Source of the DNA: Candidatus Saccharimonadia bacterium
GTDB taxonomy: Bacteria; Patescibacteriota; Saccharimonadia; UBA4664
Assembly (NCBI GenBank): GCA_038245115.1
Contig: JBBRSS010000004.1
Span: 1,804-65,803, forward strand
Reading direction: 5' to 3'
Length of the DNA: 64,000 nt
The notes under the pieces are model-generated. The model made no database searches. It was not told the origin of the DNA and saw nothing but the letters and a program-made list of their open reading frames with translations. A program made the translations under genes and the position numbers. Positions 18,181 to 30,859 of this stretch are shown piece after piece; the first letter of the stretch is position 1; each line of letters begins with the position of its first letter.

Positions 18181-18193
18181 TTGGAGAGTATAG

Positions 18194-19135
18194 ATGAAAG
18201 CAGCTCAGATCAACGAATATGGTGATGCTGGTGTCGTAAGCACGGTTGATAATGCCAGCAAGCCGGGAATTGACCCGGGCCAGGTGCTCGTGGAAGTCTA
18301 CGCCGCGGGCGTAAATCCGTTCGACTGGAAGGTCCGCGAAGGCATGGTTCGGCAGATGGCCGAGCTCACATTCCCCGGGGCTGTCCTTGGCGGCGATTTG
18401 GCCGGAGTGGTCGCCGAAGTCGGTGCGGAAGTTACCGATGTGAAGGTCGGGGATGAAGTTTACGGCCTAGCCGGCGCCCTCAGTAGCCACGGTTCTTTCG
18501 CGCAGTTTGCGCCCGCCGCCGCTGGCTCTATTGGGGCTAAGCCCAAGAATATCGACTCCACCACCGCCGCCGCCCTGCCGCTGGCCGGAGTCAGCGCATA
18601 CCAGGCTCTCGTCGAAACGCTTCATTTGTCCTCGGGGCAAAAGATTCTCGTTCACGGCGGTGCCGGCGGTATCGGTAGCCTTGCCATCCAGCTTGCCAAA
18701 CACCTCGGAGCCACCGTGGCCACGACCGTCTCGGCGGCCGGGGTCAGTTACGTCAAGAGCCTCGGCGCCGACGTCGTCATTGACTACGAACAGCAGTCAT
18801 TCAAAGATGAACTGTCCGACTACGATGCGGTCTTTGATACCATCGGTGGCGAAGTCTATGCTCAGTCTTTTGAAGTCCTCAAGGAAGGCGGGTCTATCGT
18901 GTCCATGAGCGCGGCCGTCGATGAAGCCCTCGCGTCTGGGCACAAAGTCACGGCTTACTCGCAGTTCACTCAAGCCACTACCGAGCGGCTGGCCGAGCTC
19001 ACTAAGCTTGTCGAAAGCGGCGCCATCAAAGTTAATATCGACCGTCTCTTCCCGCTCGAGCAGGCCAGTGAAGCCCTCGAATACGTCAAAACCGGCCGCC
19101 CTATCGGCAAGGTTGTCATCAAAGTCCGGGACTAA
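18194..19135 (+). CDS. Zinc-independent MDR-family NADPH:quinone oxidoreductase
   Basis: GroES-like N-terminus, GGAGGIGSLAIQLAK Rossmann motif, 313 aa. Confidence 0.7.
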   Translation: MKAAQINEYGDAGVVSTVDNASKPGIDPGQVLVEVYAAGVNPFDWKVREGMVRQMAELTFPGAVLGGDLAGVVAEVGAEVTDVKVGDEVYGLAGALSSHGSFAQFAPAAAGSIGAKPKNIDSTTAAALPLAGVSAYQALVETLHLSSGQKILVHGGAGGIGSLAIQLAKHLGATVATTVSAAGVSYVKSLGADVVIDYEQQSFKDELSDYDAVFDTIGGEVYAQSFEVLKEGGSIVSMSAAVDEALASGHKVTAYSQFTQATTERLAELTKLVESGAIKVNIDRLFPLEQASEALEYVKTGRPIGKVVIKVRD

Positions 19136-19563
19136 ACTTCTTCGATCAGCTGCTTCATGCTGCCAAGCACCATAGTCCAATTCGAGGAGGCCTGTTCGCG
19201 GGCCTCCTCGTTGTCGTTGCCATCTTGTAGAATTACCACCTCAGTCCCGCCGTCGTGCTCATTTAACAGATAGCTCACGGTAACGTAATTCTCCGGCACA
19301 TCTGCCTTGCCGCTCATGCCCGACCAATAAGTACTCACTAGCTTCATGCCCGGCTCAGCCTCCAGTACCGTACCCTTATCTTCGTAGGCTTGGCCTTTCC
19401 ATTCACCCTTATACGTAATGGGGCTTCCCACCTGCCAATCCGAGGTGGCCTCCGTTCCAAACAGATAAACCTTGATCTGCTCCGGGTCAGTCAGCGCCGC
19501 CCACACCCTATCGGTATCCGCGTTAATGATGATTTTTGATTCAGCCACCAATCCTTTTGCCAT
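19132..19563 (-). CDS. SRPBCC-superfamily protein (AHSA1/Aha1-like)
   Basis: IINADTDRVWAALTDPEQIKVY start typical of the AHSA1/SRPBCC family. 143 aa. Confidence 0.6.
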   Translation of the reverse strand: MAKGLVAESKIIINADTDRVWAALTDPEQIKVYLFGTEATSDWQVGSPITYKGEWKGQAYEDKGTVLEAEPGMKLVSTYWSGMSGKADVPENYVTVSYLLNEHDGGTEVVILQDGNDNEEAREQASSNWTMVLGSMKQLIEEV

Positions 19564-19604
19564 AACGATTCCTCCGCTGCATATATTAATCTCGTAGAAG
19601 TATT

Positions 19605-21209
19605 TTAGCGCAGTACGTCGTCGCGTTTATCGCGCAAAAATGAGTTCCACTGCTCAATAATTCTGAGGATTGTTTTGAACGGTGTTTCAATAATAATGTC
19701 CAAGATCGACGTGAAGATATTGATTCGGCTGTAGCGCTCGGCCAGCCATTGGCCCGCCCGAATGAAGGGTGTTAGCAGAAAATCGCTTAAATTCGCGATG
19801 AGGCCCGGGTCTTCCTCGATAACAGCGTACTCACGGACCGAGTAGGCGATACGGTAGGCAAAGAAGCTGACCGTCGAGAGAAATACGAAGAAAATAATTC
19901 CGCTTACTAGGTTGAATCCGACTATCTGCAACATCCACGATATTGCCGCCAAAGTTGCCAATGAGGTTAGCAAATAAAACAGGCTAAATGTGCTGCGCAT
20001 TTTTGACGTCCGCCCGCGACTGGATAGGGTGTAGCGTATTGGCTGCTGATCCGAAACATACACGATCTGCTTCAAATCGCTCAGGATTTTGGTGGTGTTG
20101 CGTTGGCCGGGGATCTTAATTGTGAGTCCGACCATTGCCATATATAGCGGCGGGAAGAGCAGATTGATTCCGAGCGGCAGGTAGTTGACCGCGCCGTAGG
20201 CGAATAGTTCATACGGAATCTCGATAATCATCCCCAAGACTACCTTGGTAATAAACAGGAATATTACCGCCTGCACCACGCTGCGTTTGAGGCGGCTCGA
20301 TACCACTTGATACTGCGTTTCGGCCACACTTCGGGCTTTTTCGATCAGTACGGATGGGGTAGTGGCGAGCTGCTCGAGGCCTTCGTGGCTGGTTTTGATA
20401 ATTTCGCGCAAAATCAGATACGGCGCAATGTGGCGACGCACTAACCGGAACATACGATGTGGGGTGGCACCCCCAGTTTGGTCATCCAGCTGAGCATTAA
20501 TTTCGACAAATTGCTTGCCGGCAGCCTCTAGTTGGGCATTATCCTCGAGCCAGCGGGGGAAGGCTCGCGAAAATACCCCGTAACGGATAGTTGCAATATC
20601 AGATTTCAATAGTGCCTTGTGTACGGCGGCGTACAGTGCCATTTGGTCTTCTCGGGCCACATCGGCGTGATCTATGAACGCCGCATACGTAAACTCGACT
20701 ATCGCGGCCTCGGTCGGGTTCGGCTGCAATGCCCGCTCGAGCTCCACCGAGAGCAAAGCGATAATATTGCTGGCAATTTCGTCGTGACTATCGTGACTTC
20801 GCGATAGCGCCGTCTGTTGTAGCGAGCCGTACCGCCGAACAATGTAATCGATATACTCAATTTCATCTTCGCGGATAGTGTCGTTATCCAAATAGCGGGT
20901 TTTGGTAAGTTCGCTTACCAATTCAAACCCGATGTCTTCCGACCCGTTGGGTTTTAATTCACGCAGTAAAAATCGTTCAATTGCGCCGCGCAAGAATAAG
21001 TGTTGTTCGCGATACTCAACGGCATTGCGAATCTGCTCATACAAAAAATATGCCCCGGCGGTAATTTCCGGAACGTGGACCTTTGTGCCTTTCCAGACCG
21101 GAGCCTGTTGCGCACGCAATAGCTGCACGAGTCCTTGCATTAGCGGTGATAACTTCGGCGCGTCCGCGGACGGGGCGGCAGTTATCTTATTCTCGAGCGG
21201 ATTATGCAT
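19605..21209 (-). CDS. Hypothetical protein, large N-terminal soluble domain plus C-terminal 4-TM region
   Basis: ORF of 534 aa with no recognised motifs; hydrophobic helices at residues ~330-450. Confidence 0.45.
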   Translation of the reverse strand: MHNPLENKITAAPSADAPKLSPLMQGLVQLLRAQQAPVWKGTKVHVPEITAGAYFLYEQIRNAVEYREQHLFLRGAIERFLLRELKPNGSEDIGFELVSELTKTRYLDNDTIREDEIEYIDYIVRRYGSLQQTALSRSHDSHDEIASNIIALLSVELERALQPNPTEAAIVEFTYAAFIDHADVAREDQMALYAAVHKALLKSDIATIRYGVFSRAFPRWLEDNAQLEAAGKQFVEINAQLDDQTGGATPHRMFRLVRRHIAPYLILREIIKTSHEGLEQLATTPSVLIEKARSVAETQYQVVSSRLKRSVVQAVIFLFITKVVLGMIIEIPYELFAYGAVNYLPLGINLLFPPLYMAMVGLTIKIPGQRNTTKILSDLKQIVYVSDQQPIRYTLSSRGRTSKMRSTFSLFYLLTSLATLAAISWMLQIVGFNLVSGIIFFVFLSTVSFFAYRIAYSVREYAVIEEDPGLIANLSDFLLTPFIRAGQWLAERYSRINIFTSILDIIIETPFKTILRIIEQWNSFLRDKRDDVLR

Positions 21210-21249
21210 AGCGCAATTGTACCACTACGAGTTGGTGTACAATCGAATA

Positions 21250-22863
21250 ATGAAACTTACTACCCTCCCTGAATGGAAAAAACTTCAAGCTCATTACGAT
21301 GCCAACAAGACCGCTCATTTGCGCGATCTGTTTGCTACCGACCCGTCTCGAGCCGAGTCCTTAAGCCTCGAAGCAGGCGATATCTTTGTCGATTATTCGA
21401 AAAACCGCCTCACCCGCGAAACGCTTGAGTTGCTGCTCGATCTCGCCCGGGCCACCGGAGTCGAGCAGCTGCGTGACGGCATGTTTTCCGGGGTACACAT
21501 TAACACCACCGAAGATCGATCGGTACTTCATACCGCGCTGCGCCGTCAGTCGTCGGGCCCACTTGTAGTTGATAGTGTCGATGTCGCCGCTGACGTTCGT
21601 GCGGTGCTGGATCAAATGAGCCAATTCGCCACCGCTGTGCGGTCTGGTGCCTGGACTGGCCACACTGGTAAGCGCATCAAGACGGTCATTAATATTGGCA
21701 TTGGCGGCTCCGACCTTGGCCCGGTGATGGCAACTAGCGCGCTACGCTTTTACTCTCAGCGCGATATTACCCTCAAGTTTGTTTCCAATATCGACTCCAC
21801 TCATCTAGTGGAGGCCACCCGAGGTCTTGACCCCGCCGAAACGCTGTTTATTATTGCCTCCAAGACCTTTACTACCGACGAAACCATGACCAACGCCCAG
21901 AGCGCTCGTGAATGGCTAATTGCCGGCTTGGGCGATGAGGCCGCGGTGTCCAAGCACTTTGTGGCTCTTTCCACCAATGCCGCTGATGTCAAAAAGTTCG
22001 GTATCGATACTGCCAACATGTTTGGCTTCTGGGATTGGGTCGGCGGCCGCTACTCGCTCACCAGCGCCATCGGCCTGTCGTTGATGATATCTATTGGTCC
22101 GGATCACTTCCGCGAGCTCCTGGCCGGCTTCGACACCATGGATGAGCATTTTCGTACCGCCCCTCTCGAACAGAATTTGCCCGTAATCTTGGGTCTTATC
22201 GGCATTTGGTATACCGATTTCTTTGGCGCCGAAACCGAGGCCATCCTACCGTACGAACAGTACCTCGACCGGTTTGCGGCCTATATGCAGCAGGCCAATA
22301 TGGAATCCAATGGCAAGAGCGTTACCAAAGCCGGCCAGGCTGTGGACTACTCCACGGCGCCAGTTGTATGGGGCGAGCCGGGGACCAATGGCCAACATGC
22401 GTTCTACCAGCTGATTCACCAAGGCACGCACCTTATCCCAGCCGATTTTATTGGCTTCATGAAGCCATTGAACCCTCTAGGTGAACATCACCCCAAACTC
22501 ATCGCCAACTTGTTCGCGCAAACAGAGGCCTTGGCGTTTGGCAAAACCGCGGCCGAAGTAGCTGCTGCCGGAGTGCCCGCAGATCTGGTGGCTCACAAAA
22601 CCTTCGCCGGCAATCACCCCTCCAATACTATCCTGATGCCGTCACTCACTCCGCACGTCCTAGGCCAATTGATTGCCCTATATGAGCACAAAATATTCGT
22701 TCAGGGCGCCGTGTGGCAGATCAATTCCTTCGATCAATGGGGCGTTGAGCTTGGTAAGCAGTTGGCCAAAACCATCTATGGTGAGTTCGGGGCTGGCGAG
22801 GCTTCGCAAGTTCACGATTCTTCCACGACGCAGCTCATTAACCGTTTTTTGGCTCAACGCTAG
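21250..22863 (+). CDS. pgi: Glucose-6-phosphate isomerase
   Basis: [22 protein letters not shown] and [18 protein letters not shown]. The ORF track extends upstream only because no stop codon intervenes. Confidence 0.9.
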   Translation: MKLTTLPEWKKLQAHYDANKTAHLRDLFATDPSRAESLSLEAGDIFVDYSKNRLTRETLELLLDLARATGVEQLRDGMFSGVHINTTEDRSVLHTALRRQSSGPLVVDSVDVAADVRAVLDQMSQFATAVRSGAWTGHTGKRIKTVINIGIGGSDLGPVMATSALRFYSQRDITLKFVSNIDSTHLVEATRGLDPAETLFIIASKTFTTDETMTNAQSAREWLIAGLGDEAAVSKHFVALSTNAADVKKFGIDTANMFGFWDWVGGRYSLTSAIGLSLMISIGPDHFRELLAGFDTMDEHFRTAPLEQNLPVILGLIGIWYTDFFGAETEAILPYEQYLDRFAAYMQQANMESNGKSVTKAGQAVDYSTAPVVWGEPGTNGQHAFYQLIHQGTHLIPADFIGFMKPLNPLGEHHPKLIANLFAQTEALAFGKTAAEVAAAGVPADLVAHKTFAGNHPSNTILMPSLTPHVLGQLIALYEHKIFVQGAVWQINSFDQWGVELGKQLAKTIYGEFGAGEASQVHDSSTTQLINRFLAQR

Positions 22864-22920
22864 TTTCGGCCCCGTGAATAATAGCATCGGAAGGCTATTT
22901 ACTGTATAAACATAAGCAAG

Positions 22921-24588
22921 ATGAGGCTCCAAGCTAAGTTTCTGCTATTATTTATATTTCTCTTCGGAACCGTCGCAATGCTACTGGTGTTGCAACGTTC
23001 TTTTGACCTGGGCAGGTCACGGTCTGTGCTTGAAAGTGAACTCGCCCAGCGCCACAGGTATTTCCAGCAGATCACCAAGATAGAGGGCCACCCACTCGAG
23101 AGTCTGGCGGTAGATTATTCGTTTTGGGACGAGATGGTCAACTTCATCAAGAAGCGTAATCTGGAATTTGCCCGCGACAACATCGATACCGGCCTTTCTA
23201 CCTATGGCGCCGACGCTGCCTGGGTGTACCGCCCCGACAACTCGCTGGTATACTACAAATCCACCACGGATGACCTCACAATCCAAAATCTTGCCTTACC
23301 CAAAGCTTTTTTCGCCCAGCTAAATAGCAATCATTTCGCGCATTTCTACATTCAAGAACCAAACGGACTACTCGAAATCCGAGCTGCAACCGTTCACCCC
23401 GGTAACGATTCCGACCGTAAAACTCCTCCACAAGGATTTTGGGTAATCGGCAGATATCTCACTCCCGGCCTGGTTAAGAGCCTCGGTGATCTCACCCAAA
23501 GCACTATTACGATCGACCCAGTCGGTACGGCCTCCGGTGACCAGCTCGGTACGCATTCCGTTTCCTTTGGCACTACTTTGCCCGGCTGGGATTCTCGTCC
23601 GGTGGCGGTCCTGACGTCTGAGGCCGCCGTGCCAGTAGTTAGAGATCTGGAGAATCTTTATACCCGGCAGTTGACGCTACTCCTGCTATTCTCGCTAGCC
23701 TCAATAATGGTTGTTATCATCTCCATCTGGCGGCTGGTTTTGCGGCCGGTTCGCGAAATTACTGCCAGTTTAAAGAACCAAACCCCCGCTAGCCTAGACC
23801 GACTAGCCAAAGATCAATCCGAATTCGGAATCCTTGCCAATGCTGTTCAGCAGTTTTTTACATCTGAATTTATTAAAACCAAAATGATGGAGCTAAATAA
23901 CGCCAAGAGTGAATTCCTGGCTATCGCTGCCCATGAGCTAAAAGGTCCCGTTGGGAATGTGCATATTTTTGCCGAAAACCTGGCCGATCTCGTGAAGCAG
24001 GGTAATTCCAAGGTTAATCTCCTCGAAGAGGTTAAGCGTATCAGTCTGTCGGCGCACAAGGCTACAGTTCTAATCAACGACATCTATCAGGCCAGTAAGG
24101 GAGGTCAATCACTCGAGATCAAGCGAACGGAGTTCGAATTTGATACTTTCGTACGGGGTGAGGTAACTGACGCTCAGTACTCCACGACGCAGAATATAAT
24201 TATTGAAGGATCTAGCGGCAAGAAAATTGTCAGCGATATTGATCGACTCGGCCAAGTTATGGCCAACCTAATACGTAATGCCTCAAAATATTCACCGAAC
24301 TCAGATAAGATTATTATCCGTATTAAATCAGAGGGTACGAACGTTATTCTTGAGGTTCAGGACTACGGCCTAGGGATTTCAGCCGAGGACCAGCCCAAGC
24401 TGTTCGAACGATTCTTCCGTTCCAGTTCGGTCGCCACGTCATATCCCGGACTAGGTCTTGGTCTTTCGATTTGTAAAGAAATTATTGAAGCCTTAGACGG
24501 CAAAATCTGGCTTACGAGTGAGATTGGCCAAGGGTCGCATTTTTATTTCTCGTTGCCCCTTAGCTCCGAATTTACAGAGTTTTCATAA
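22921..24588 (+). CDS. Sensor histidine kinase (TM, periplasmic sensor domain, HisKA, HATPase_c); no response regulator adjacent
   Basis: H-box FLAIAAHELKGP; N-box NLIRNASKYS; G-boxes DYGLGI and GLGLGLSICKEII. Confidence 0.8.
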   Translation: MRLQAKFLLLFIFLFGTVAMLLVLQRSFDLGRSRSVLESELAQRHRYFQQITKIEGHPLESLAVDYSFWDEMVNFIKKRNLEFARDNIDTGLSTYGADAAWVYRPDNSLVYYKSTTDDLTIQNLALPKAFFAQLNSNHFAHFYIQEPNGLLEIRAATVHPGNDSDRKTPPQGFWVIGRYLTPGLVKSLGDLTQSTITIDPVGTASGDQLGTHSVSFGTTLPGWDSRPVAVLTSEAAVPVVRDLENLYTRQLTLLLLFSLASIMVVIISIWRLVLRPVREITASLKNQTPASLDRLAKDQSEFGILANAVQQFFTSEFIKTKMMELNNAKSEFLAIAAHELKGPVGNVHIFAENLADLVKQGNSKVNLLEEVKRISLSAHKATVLINDIYQASKGGQSLEIKRTEFEFDTFVRGEVTDAQYSTTQNIIIEGSSGKKIVSDIDRLGQVMANLIRNASKYSPNSDKIIIRIKSEGTNVILEVQDYGLGISAEDQPKLFERFFRSSSVATSYPGLGLGLSICKEIIEALDGKIWLTSEIGQGSHFYFSLPLSSEFTEFS

Positions 24589-24634
24589 ACCGTGGTACAT
24601 TTAGTGCCAACAATCATTACGAAAAGAGGCTCAA

Positions 24635-24709
24635 ATGGGTAAGGATAAATCTAAGGGCGGCAAAAAAGAAGTCAAGAAGCCCAAGCAGCCCAAGAAGCCC
24701 AAGCTGTAG
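24635..24709 (+). CDS. 24-aa Lys-rich basic peptide (MGKDKSKGGKKEVKKPKQPKKPKL) with a strong SD
   Basis: AAGAGG lies 8 nt upstream of the ATG. The stop sits 3 nt before the nudix start. Coding status unproven. Confidence 0.3.
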   Translation: MGKDKSKGGKKEVKKPKQPKKPKL

Positions 24710-24712
24710 CCG

Positions 24713-25237
24713 ATGAAACTGCTGGCGACCTTGCGCGACGAAGATATTATCATTGGTTCGCCCAAGATTCGGACCGACAACTTTTCTCCGCGAGTGGCTG
24801 CCCGGGCGATCGTGTTCGATGGACGCGCCGCCGTAGCGCTTTTGCACGCCACTAAGCATTCCTACCACAAGCTGCCCGGCGGGGGAGTTGAACCTGGCGA
24901 AGATCTGGCTTCCGCACTCGCGCGCGAGATTAAGGAAGAGATCGGTTGTGCCGCCGAAGTAACGGGTGAGGTTGGCCAAATTGACGAGTACCGGGGTGAG
25001 TGGAAATTATTCCAGCAGTCGTACTGCTATCTAGGCCGAGTAGTCGGCCCAAAGGGTAGTCCGGATTTTACCCAAGAAGAGCTCGGCGACGGGTTTGAAA
25101 TAGTCTGGGTAGCCTCTTTGGAGGCAGCTATCTCCTTGCTTGAGGCCGATCGGCCGGCCAATTACGACGGCAAGTTTATACATGCCCGCGATTTGCTGTT
25201 GCTTCGTGCCGCCTACGGCCAGACATCTCAGTCCTAA
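24713..25237 (+). CDS. NUDIX hydrolase
   Basis: Nudix box GGGVEPGEDLASALAREIKEEIG. Confidence 0.75.
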   Translation: MKLLATLRDEDIIIGSPKIRTDNFSPRVAARAIVFDGRAAVALLHATKHSYHKLPGGGVEPGEDLASALAREIKEEIGCAAEVTGEVGQIDEYRGEWKLFQQSYCYLGRVVGPKGSPDFTQEELGDGFEIVWVASLEAAISLLEADRPANYDGKFIHARDLLLLRAAYGQTSQS

Positions 25238-25307
25238 GCAATTTATCAGCTCATCGTGACATGCTAGTATTGTTCATTCAGTTTGAACCATTAATCAGGG
25301 GAACAAT

Positions 25308-25856
25308 ATGCAAAGTCTATCCAAAAAAGTAATCATTCCAATGGCCGCCATCGCCGTAATTGGCGCCGGCGCCTTCGGGGTCGCTCAGGTATCGGCCGCC
25401 ACCGACACCGCCAACCCTCAGGCCTCGCTTATCCAAAAACTGGCTGACACTTTCCATGTCGACAAGTCCAAGGTGCAGGCGGTGTTTGACGAGAACAAGA
25501 CTGAGCGGCAAGCAGCTCATCAGGCAACTTACGAGGCTAAACTCGCCCAAGCCGTCACCGACGGCAAGCTCACCGCTGCCCAAAAAGACCTGGTCTTAGC
25601 CGAGCACAACAAGCTAGCTGCCGAAATGAAGGCCGCCGCGACCGATACTAATGCCGACCGGCGCGCCGCAATGGAAAAAATTCGCCAGGAATCCACCGAC
25701 TGGGCGAAGGCTAACAACGTCGACGCTAAGTGGCTGATGGGCCCAGGCGGTCCCGGCGGACGCCACGGTGGCATGATGGGCGGCAAAATGATGGGACACA
25801 CTCCGGATGGCGACGCCGATGACGCCGCTGCTCCCAGCCCTTCGTCAGCCCTCTAG
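25308..25856 (+). CDS. Secreted hypothetical protein with a Gly/Met-rich C-terminus
   Basis: Signal peptide MQSLSKKVIIPMAAIAVIGAGAFGVAQVSAA, helical Ala/Lys-rich body, and a GPGGPGGRHGGMMGGKMMGH tail. Confidence 0.5.
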   Translation: MQSLSKKVIIPMAAIAVIGAGAFGVAQVSAATDTANPQASLIQKLADTFHVDKSKVQAVFDENKTERQAAHQATYEAKLAQAVTDGKLTAAQKDLVLAEHNKLAAEMKAAATDTNADRRAAMEKIRQESTDWAKANNVDAKWLMGPGGPGGRHGGMMGGKMMGHTPDGDADDAAAPSPSSAL

Positions 25857-26254
25857 CCCATCTGATCCAGTGCCAAAATATTGCCCTCGGAGTCCTTAAA
25901 CCAGGCGGCCTTGTTTTCGCCATAGGTTACTACGCCGTTATCGGTCTTGAGACCAGGCATGTCATACTCCTCAAACACTACGCCCTTGTTGCGTAGTGTT
26001 TGCATTTGAGACTCAATATTGTCGACCTTAAACGATGCGTAGGTGGCCTGTGATGTCCCGGCTCCGGCCGATTTGTAGACAAACAGCACTGTTCCTTCGC
26101 CGGCTTCATACATCACGCCCCCATCAGAGTCATTCGTTTTCAAAATTTCAAGTCCGAGCTTGTTGCTATAAAAATCCTTAGCCCGATCCATATCACTTGC
26201 TGGTATGGTCGGCATTACTGCTGAATTACTTAACATCTTGTCCTCCCGTTTCAT
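25853..26254 (-). CDS. VOC-family (glyoxalase/bleomycin-resistance fold) protein
   Basis: DMDRAKDFYSNKLGLE and the paired beta-alpha-beta-beta-beta modules. 133 aa. Confidence 0.6.
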   Translation of the reverse strand: MKREDKMLSNSAVMPTIPASDMDRAKDFYSNKLGLEILKTNDSDGGVMYEAGEGTVLFVYKSAGAGTSQATYASFKVDNIESQMQTLRNKGVVFEEYDMPGLKTDNGVVTYGENKAAWFKDSEGNILALDQMG

Positions 26255-26362
26255 TATTGGTCCACAAATTAAATCATTCTAGACTCAGCTGCCGCATTAG
26301 TAGAATTGCTAGAAGCTGTTCGGTGGGTAGCTAAATAAGCCCACTGCGATTATGCTTATGAT

Positions 26363-28021
26363 ATGAATTTAAAAGACGATATTTCTCGAATTATATCTGG
26401 TGAAGTTGAGGATGCTCCCGAGGCCCTGGAAGCTTATAGCCACGATGCCAGTCTGTTCGAAGTCAAGCCACAAATTGTGGTCTATCCCAAGAACGCCGAT
26501 GACGTGAAGGCGTTAGTAAAGTACGCCAAAGCCAACAAAACCGAGAGCTCAAACCTTTCCATTACCGCCCGTAGTGCCGGTACCGATATGTCGGGCGGCG
26601 CGGTTAACGATTCAATCATTGCCGATTTTAACCGTCATTTTAACCAGATATTTGATGTTTCACCGACCCTCGGCCACGCTCAACCAGGCGTGTTCTACCG
26701 CGATTTCGAGAAAGCTACGTTTGAGCACAAAGCCCTCATGCCCAGCTATCCCGCATCGCGCGATCTCTGCACTATTGGCGGAATGGTCAATAATAATTCC
26801 GGCGGCGAAAAGTCGCTCGAATTTGGTAAGACCGAGGATTTCGTGACGCAGCTGAAGGTGGTATTTGCCGATGGCAACGAATACACTGTTGAGCCCCTCA
26901 CGCGGGAAATGCTCGAGGTTAAGAAGCAACTCAACACCTTTGAGGGCGAAGTATACCGCAAGACTTTCGACCTGGTCGATAAGCATTACGACGCCATTAA
27001 GGCCGCCAAGCCAAATGTCACCAAGAACTCCACCGGCTATAATCTCTGGGATGTCTGGGACCGCAAGACTGGTATTTTTGACCTCACCAAGCTGATCGTT
27101 GGCGCCCAAGGTACCCTCGGCCTCACCACCGACATCAAGTTCCGATTGGTGCCGCACCGGCCGCATTCCGGGGTGCTCGTCGTATTTTTACGCGATATCG
27201 ACCGCCTAGGCGAGGTCATTAACGTAGTTCTCAAGAGCAAGCCGGCATCGTTCGAATCATTCGATGACGTCACCCTCATGCTGTCTATTAAGTTCATGCC
27301 CTACTTCCTCAAGATGCTTGGACTCAAAAAGTTCATTCATTTATTGATTGGGCTCATCCCCGAAGGCTTTTTACTTCTGCGCGGTATCCCGAAGCTGATT
27401 CTTATGATCGAATTTAACGGTGAGACTGTCGATGAAGTTCGCGAAAAGGTGAAGGCCCTCGATCGCCAGCTCTACACCAAGCATGCCTATTACGAAATCG
27501 AAGGATCGGAAGAAGACCCTACCGAGAGTAAGGCCGAAAAGTTTTGGATAATGCGCCGCCAAAGTTTTCAAATTTTGCGCAAAAAGGTCAAAGACAAGCA
27601 CACTGCGCCGTTTATTGACGATTTGGTAGTCAACCCCGAGTATTTGCCCGAGTTTTTGCCGCAAATGCGCAAGATCATCAAGAAATACAACCTCTTTGCG
27701 ACGATAGCCGGCCACATGGGCGATGGTAACTTTCACATTATTCCATTGATGAAGCTCGAAAAGCAGTCCGAGCGCGATAAGCTTCGCCCTGCCATGCAAG
27801 AAACCAACGAGCTTGTGCTCAAGTATCATGGTGTTCTCTCCGGCGAACACAACGACGGCATGATCCGCGGCCCCTGGCTGCAGCGAGCGTACGGTGACGA
27901 AATTTATGGTTATTTCAAAGACGTCAAAGATATTTTCGACCCCCAGGGCATCTTCAACCCCCACAAAAAGGCTAATGCCGACTGGGATTGGACCATGAGC
28001 CACATCCGGCAGTCATTCTAG
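26363..28021 (+). CDS. FAD-linked oxidase (PCMH-type FAD-binding; GlcD/D-lactate dehydrogenase-like)
   Basis: FAD_binding_4 block YPKNADDVKALVKYAKANK...ITARSAGTDMSGGAV plus an FAD-oxidase_C-like C-terminus. 552 aa. Confidence 0.7.
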   Translation: MNLKDDISRIISGEVEDAPEALEAYSHDASLFEVKPQIVVYPKNADDVKALVKYAKANKTESSNLSITARSAGTDMSGGAVNDSIIADFNRHFNQIFDVSPTLGHAQPGVFYRDFEKATFEHKALMPSYPASRDLCTIGGMVNNNSGGEKSLEFGKTEDFVTQLKVVFADGNEYTVEPLTREMLEVKKQLNTFEGEVYRKTFDLVDKHYDAIKAAKPNVTKNSTGYNLWDVWDRKTGIFDLTKLIVGAQGTLGLTTDIKFRLVPHRPHSGVLVVFLRDIDRLGEVINVVLKSKPASFESFDDVTLMLSIKFMPYFLKMLGLKKFIHLLIGLIPEGFLLLRGIPKLILMIEFNGETVDEVREKVKALDRQLYTKHAYYEIEGSEEDPTESKAEKFWIMRRQSFQILRKKVKDKHTAPFIDDLVVNPEYLPEFLPQMRKIIKKYNLFATIAGHMGDGNFHIIPLMKLEKQSERDKLRPAMQETNELVLKYHGVLSGEHNDGMIRGPWLQRAYGDEIYGYFKDVKDIFDPQGIFNPHKKANADWDWTMSHIRQSF

Positions 28022-28150
28022 GAGAAATCAGGCCATGAAAAAATTCATTATCGATGTCGTCGATGTCCGAGATGATTCGGAGTGGGCCGCGCATTACCTA
28101 GAAAATCCGGAGCGTTATCCGGAAATTCACGAGCCAAATATAAAATAGGC

Positions 28151-28584
28151 TTATTCCGGTGGCGTTTGCCGATCGGGCCGGTGGGTGCGGCGTCTCATTT
28201 GAGCCACGCCCAGACGGACGGTTTGGCGGTCCACCAGTTCTTGGGCACGGGCCAGCTCGTGTTTGTCGCCAGCCTTTGCCTTAAGCGCCTCGGCTTCAGC
28301 TAAAGCTATCTGAATCTCTCCCTGCACCAACGAGTCTTCGTGTTCAGCCTCGTCGGCCAAGACGCGTGTAGCGTCTGGTGTGACTTCCAGCAGGCCCCCG
28401 AACGTCGCAAAGATTGTCTGCTTGCCGCCTTTTTCGCGCACCACTACCGAACCTGGCTTCACGACGGCGGTGAGCGGTTCGTGATTCGGCAATACACCGA
28501 TTTGGCCGTTCGCCGTGGTGAGAGTAACCTCTGTCACCTCGCCACGGAATTTGGCCCCGGTTAATGTGAGCAGTTCAAACAGCA

Positions 28585-28585
<1 letters not shown>
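28151..28585 (-). CDS. atpC: F1 ATP synthase epsilon subunit
   Basis: Operon position; GQIGVLPNHEPL; C-terminal helices. Confidence 0.8.
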
Positions 28586-30856
<2,271 letters not shown>

Positions 30857-30859
30857 TGA

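Noticed and set aside
20902-21249. N-terminal 116 codons of the ORF-track pgi reading frame
   Set aside because: The open frame extends upstream only for lack of a stop. It overlaps the 5' end of the divergent minus-strand gene. The conserved Pgi sequence starts at the ATG at 21250.
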